Assembly (NCBI GenBank): GCA_963706955.1
Contig: CAVPOC010000005.1
Coordinates: 64,001 to 128,000 of the forward strand
Source of the DNA: an uncultured Verrucomicrobiae bacterium
GTDB lineage: Bacteria > Verrucomicrobiota > Verrucomicrobiia > Chthoniobacterales > Terrimicrobiaceae
Reading direction: 5' to 3'
DNA length: 64,000 nt
This document shows positions 61,076 to 64,000 of this stretch, in pieces. The notes under the pieces were generated by a model that ran no database searches, was not told where the DNA came from, and saw only the letters and a list, made by a program, of their open reading frames with translations. The stretch's first letter is position 1; each line of letters begins with the position of its first letter. Both the position numbers and the translations under genes were made by a program.

Positions 61076-61243
61076 TTACGGTTCACTCTTTTTTGGGTTT
61101 TGCGGCTTGGCACCAAACACCATTCGGCGGCCCGCTTTGGCGTCCTTCTTGGGTATGAGATCGTCGAGCCGAATCTGATTCATCGGCGACGTTTTCTCGG
61201 CGCGGGCAGGGGTCGAGCGATGCTTGGGCGGTTGATCACTCAC
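61076..61243 (-). CDS. Partner peptide, 55 aa: MSDQPPKHRSTPARAEKTSPMNQIRLDDLIPKKDAKAG-RRMVFGAKPQNPKKSEP
   Basis: GTG start just downstream of the sigma-54 promoter; contains the related motif DL-x-P-x-KD-x-K-AG. Confidence 0.75.
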   Translation of the reverse strand: MSDQPPKHRSTPARAEKTSPMNQIRLDDLIPKKDAKAGRRMVFGAKPQNPKKSEP

Positions 61244-61265
61244 GTTTAAGCCTCGGACGTCTAAG

Positions 61266-61281
61266 ATCAAATTTCATGCCA
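61266..61281 (-). promoter_or_regulatory. Sigma-54 (-24/-12) promoter TGGCAT-GAAAT-TTGAT driving the peptide array
   Basis: Matches TGGCAC-N5-TTGC(A/T) with exact GG-N10-G spacing (GA at -12); lies between the activator gene and the first peptide ORF. Confidence 0.7.
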
Positions 61282-61414
61282 CCTCGCGCGCGGACCCAGC
61301 AAAATAGGGAAAAGGCTAATTCCAAGGCGCTTAATCGAAGCACGCCTGCAAAGGACAAACGATTCTACTGGTAACGAATCAGCGCAGCCCTGCTTCGAAA
61401 TAGCTCCGGTCGCT

Positions 61415-62399
61415 TTAGTTTGGAGCCAGGCCGCGCAGATGCCGCGCAAGTTTCCCTCTCGAAATCCGGAGGATCCGGGCAGTTTCGCGTTGGTTGCAAT
61501 CCGACATCTCGTAGACGCGACGGACGTGCTCACGGATAATGGCGTCAAGAGCAAACTGGTTTGCAGCTTCCTCGTGCGCGGCAGTTCCCTTGGCACCATT
61601 TAGTGGTCGCTCCACTGCGAGATCGCGCTCAAACGAGACGTGCTTAGGGTGAACCACGTTGCCATCACAAAAGAGCGCAACGCTACGCATGGTATGGTAG
61701 AGTTCGCGTAGGTTTCCCGGCCAGGCATGATTCAGCAGCATCTCCATGGCCGCAGGATGAATGGATGTGATGCGATTTCCCGATCTCAGCCGCTGCGGCC
61801 TCAAGTTCCATGGCGATCAAAGAGGGCAAATCTTCCTGGCGCTCGCACAGCGAAGGGATGAACAGCACGAGGCCATCAAGGCGATGATAGAGATCCTCGC
61901 GAAATTTTCCCGCGGCAATACGCTCCCGCAGCGAGCAATTCGTTGCGGAGATGATGCGGACATTCGAACGGTGCAGGCGCTCACCTCCGACGCGCTCGAA
62001 CTCGCCATACTCCACCGCGCGCAGGATCTTCGCTTGGGCAAGTGGGCTCATGTCCGCAATTTCATCGAGGAAAAGCGTGCCGGTGTGAGCCGTCTCAAAC
62101 TTTCCTCGATGCACCTGCATTGCTCCGGTGAACGCGCCGCGTTCGTGGCCGAAAAGCTCGCTTTCGAGCAGCGTGTCACTCATTGAGGATGCGTTGAAGG
62201 AAACAAATGGTCCGTGCGCTCGCGCCGAAGAATTGTGAATAGCATGCGCCAGCAGGGTCTTGCCCGTTCCGGTCCGGCCGAGAATGAGCACCGGAGCGTC
62301 GCTTTTGGCAGCAAAGGATGCCAGTTGGAGACACCGTCGCATGACGGGATTACGCGAAGTGAGTTCCTCCAAACGCAGATCGGTAATGGTCCGCATCAT
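61415..62399 (-). pseudogene. Sigma-54 enhancer-binding protein (AAA+ and HTH, no N-terminal sensor), frameshifted as assembled near 61775
   Basis: GRTGTGKT, ESELFGHERGAFTGA, LFLDEI, FREDLYHRL in one frame; HAWPGNLREL and HTH NQRETARILRISRGKL in the next. Removing one base from GGG AAA T CGC ATC joins them. Confidence 0.85.
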
Positions 62400-62403
62400 G
62401 AGG

Positions 62404-63591
62404 TCACGGTTGAAGATTCTCCCGCAGCTGGCGGATCGGCTCAAAGGCATGCTCGATCAAAGTGCGACTGCCGACGGTGACACGCGCCTCACCCTGCATG
62501 CCAACTCGCAAAGGGCGCTCTTCGCTTTTCACGCGAATGAAGGGCCGATCGAGCGACGCCGCGGCGGTGAACTGTCGGCTGCGCTCGGAGGCAACAGCCG
62601 CGGCGCTGATCCATTTTAGCTCGCCTGTCACCGTGCCGTAACGCTGATACGGAAATGCATCGAAGAACAATCTGACATGCTGCCCGATGGTCAGCCGCGC
62701 GAGGCCAGATTCACGAACGACCAAGCGGGCGTATGGGATGGCATCGATCGGGGCAAGTTGGCAAAGTTCCGCCCCCGCTGGCACGACGCTGCCCGCGTTT
62801 CGCTGGGCAAGCGAGATGACCACCGCATCATAGGGTGCGCGGATCGACAGGAGGTCGTTGCGCGTGCCAAGGAGATCGCGTTGCAGAGCATCGATCTGCA
62901 ACTTGAGTTTCTGCACATCCGCGATCTCCTCAGTTCGACGACGCGCCCGCTCGGTATCGAGCTTGCTGCGTTCGAGTTTCAGTGCCTCCAAGGATCTTCC
63001 GGCCACATGGAAATCTTTCTCGGATTCAGCGAGGTCCAACTGCACGCGTGTCAATTCGAGGTGCGAGACGCCGCCCATCCGCGCGAGTCTGTCGAGCCGC
63101 TCCACCAAGTCGCGACTCGTTGCGGTATGTGTCCCGCGAAACTCCAGCTCGCGTTCGAACTGAGCGATCTCCTCGCTTTTGATTCTTCGCTGGGCGATAT
63201 GGGCCGCCTCCATTTTGACGATCGTGTCCTCTTGGGTTCGGAGGTCCTGTGTCAACGTCTGAAGCTGCGTATGTTTCGCGCGAACCTCATCGGAGCGGAG
63301 GACGAAGAGTTCCGCGCCGGCGGCGACCTCTTGCGCCTCGACAACGCGAACGTCGCTGACGACACCGTGATAGGGCGCTTGGATCGGATCGGCACCATGT
63401 CTTGGCGCGAGCACAAATTGACAGCGCACCGTCTCCGGAACCTGAACGACAAGGGCCGCGATGAGCGCAACAACGAAGATTAGTGCCAATAGCCACGCCG
63501 TGCCCGAGACGATCAAAGGCGGTGGCTCGACCGGAAGCATTTCAGCCTGCTCATCTGACTCGCGTTTGCTCTGCGGGAGGGTCGAATTCAT
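62404..63591 (-). CDS. HlyD family membrane-fusion (periplasmic adaptor) protein
   Basis: TM helix, IQAPYHGVV, coiled coil, IRAPYDAVV, FDAFPYQRYGTVTG, LRVGMQGEA, RTLIEHAFEP. Confidence 0.92.
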   Translation of the reverse strand: MNSTLPQSKRESDEQAEMLPVEPPPLIVSGTAWLLALIFVVALIAALVVQVPETVRCQFVLAPRHGADPIQAPYHGVVSDVRVVEAQEVAAGAELFVLRSDEVRAKHTQLQTLTQDLRTQEDTIVKMEAAHIAQRRIKSEEIAQFERELEFRGTHTATSRDLVERLDRLARMGGVSHLELTRVQLDLAESEKDFHVAGRSLEALKLERSKLDTERARRRTEEIADVQKLKLQIDALQRDLLGTRNDLLSIRAPYDAVVISLAQRNAGSVVPAGAELCQLAPIDAIPYARLVVRESGLARLTIGQHVRLFFDAFPYQRYGTVTGELKWISAAAVASERSRQFTAAASLDRPFIRVKSEERPLRVGMQGEARVTVGSRTLIEHAFEPIRQLRENLQP

Positions 63592-63600
63592 GAGCAAAAT

Positions 63601-64000
63601 TCAGATACCCAACTGTTGGCTGGAGAGATGGAAATAGAGACCGCGCCTTGCCATGAGCCCATCGTGTGTGCCGGTCTCGACAATTTCGCCTTTCTCCAAG
63701 ACGACGATCATATCGGCCTCGCGAATGGTGCTCAGGCGATGGGCGATGACAATGCAGGTCCGCCCAACCATCATGCGACTGAGATTGTCCTGGATCGCGC
63801 GTTCGGATTCGGTATCAAGCGCGCTGGTCGCCTCGTCGAAAATGAGAATTGGTGGGTCTGTATAGAGTGCGCGCGCGATGGCGACGCGTTGTTTCTGTCC
63901 GCCGGATAGGGCGATGCCAGTCTCACCGATGCTCGTCTCGTAGCCCATGGGCATCCGCATGATGAAGTCGTGAGCATTGGCGACCTGGGCACACCAAAGG
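63601..64000 (-). CDS. C-terminus of an ABC exporter ATPase (HlyB/peptidase-containing transporter-like); partial
   Basis: ANAHDFI...[39 protein letters not shown]; frame open to the window edge; directly upstream of HlyD. A C39 domain cannot be seen in this window. Confidence 0.88.
   Translation of the reverse strand, partial: LWCAQVANAHDFIMRMPMGYETSIGETGIALSGGQKQRVAIARALYTDPPILIFDEATSALDTESERAIQDNLSRMMVGRTCIVIAHRLSTIREADMIVVLEKGEIVETGTHDGLMARRGLYFHLSSQQLGI

Noticed and set aside
59211..61243. Repeat-spacer pattern as a CRISPR array or integron cassette array
   Set aside because: Repeats are about 90-nt coding leaders varying at synonymous sites, spacing is irregular (about 200-430 nt), and there are no cas or integrase genes and no proper RYYYAAC/GTTRRRY attC boxes.

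Overview
Bacterial chromosomal window, GC-rich by eye. Gene content and style suggest a soil Verrucomicrobiota (Chthoniobacterales-like) genome or MAG; this is inference, as no marker gene is present. No rRNA, tRNA, CRISPR or transposase was seen. The left two thirds is a DNA-repair and general-stress neighbourhood: ligD (PE+ligase only), dinB, a lexA-imuA-imuB-dnaE2 cassette, topoisomerase IB, udgX, ku, lon/hsp20, ogt-alkA, DUF892, CsbD, PfpI and a metallothionein. It also carries a TamA/TamB pair whose TamB has four 111-aa tandem repeats, an ECF sigma / anti-sigma-PAS / fasciclin module with three matching promoter motifs, and an adenylate cyclase followed by an NDH-2 fused to a cNMP-binding domain. 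The most striking element is at 59.2-64 kb on the minus strand. There an ABC exporter, an HlyD adaptor and a sensor-less sigma-54 activator precede a -24/-12 promoter and an array of six small ORFs (42-57 aa) absent from the ORF track. These share a conserved 30-aa Lys-rich leader ending KDL-x-P-x-KD-x-x-G(Q/A) and have variable Arg/Pro/Gly-rich cores. They are interleaved with one intact and three decaying copies of a second peptide gene. This is a candidate undescribed secreted-peptide (double-glycine-like) library. Several genes carry frameshifts or in-frame stops, which may be real decay or assembly errors.
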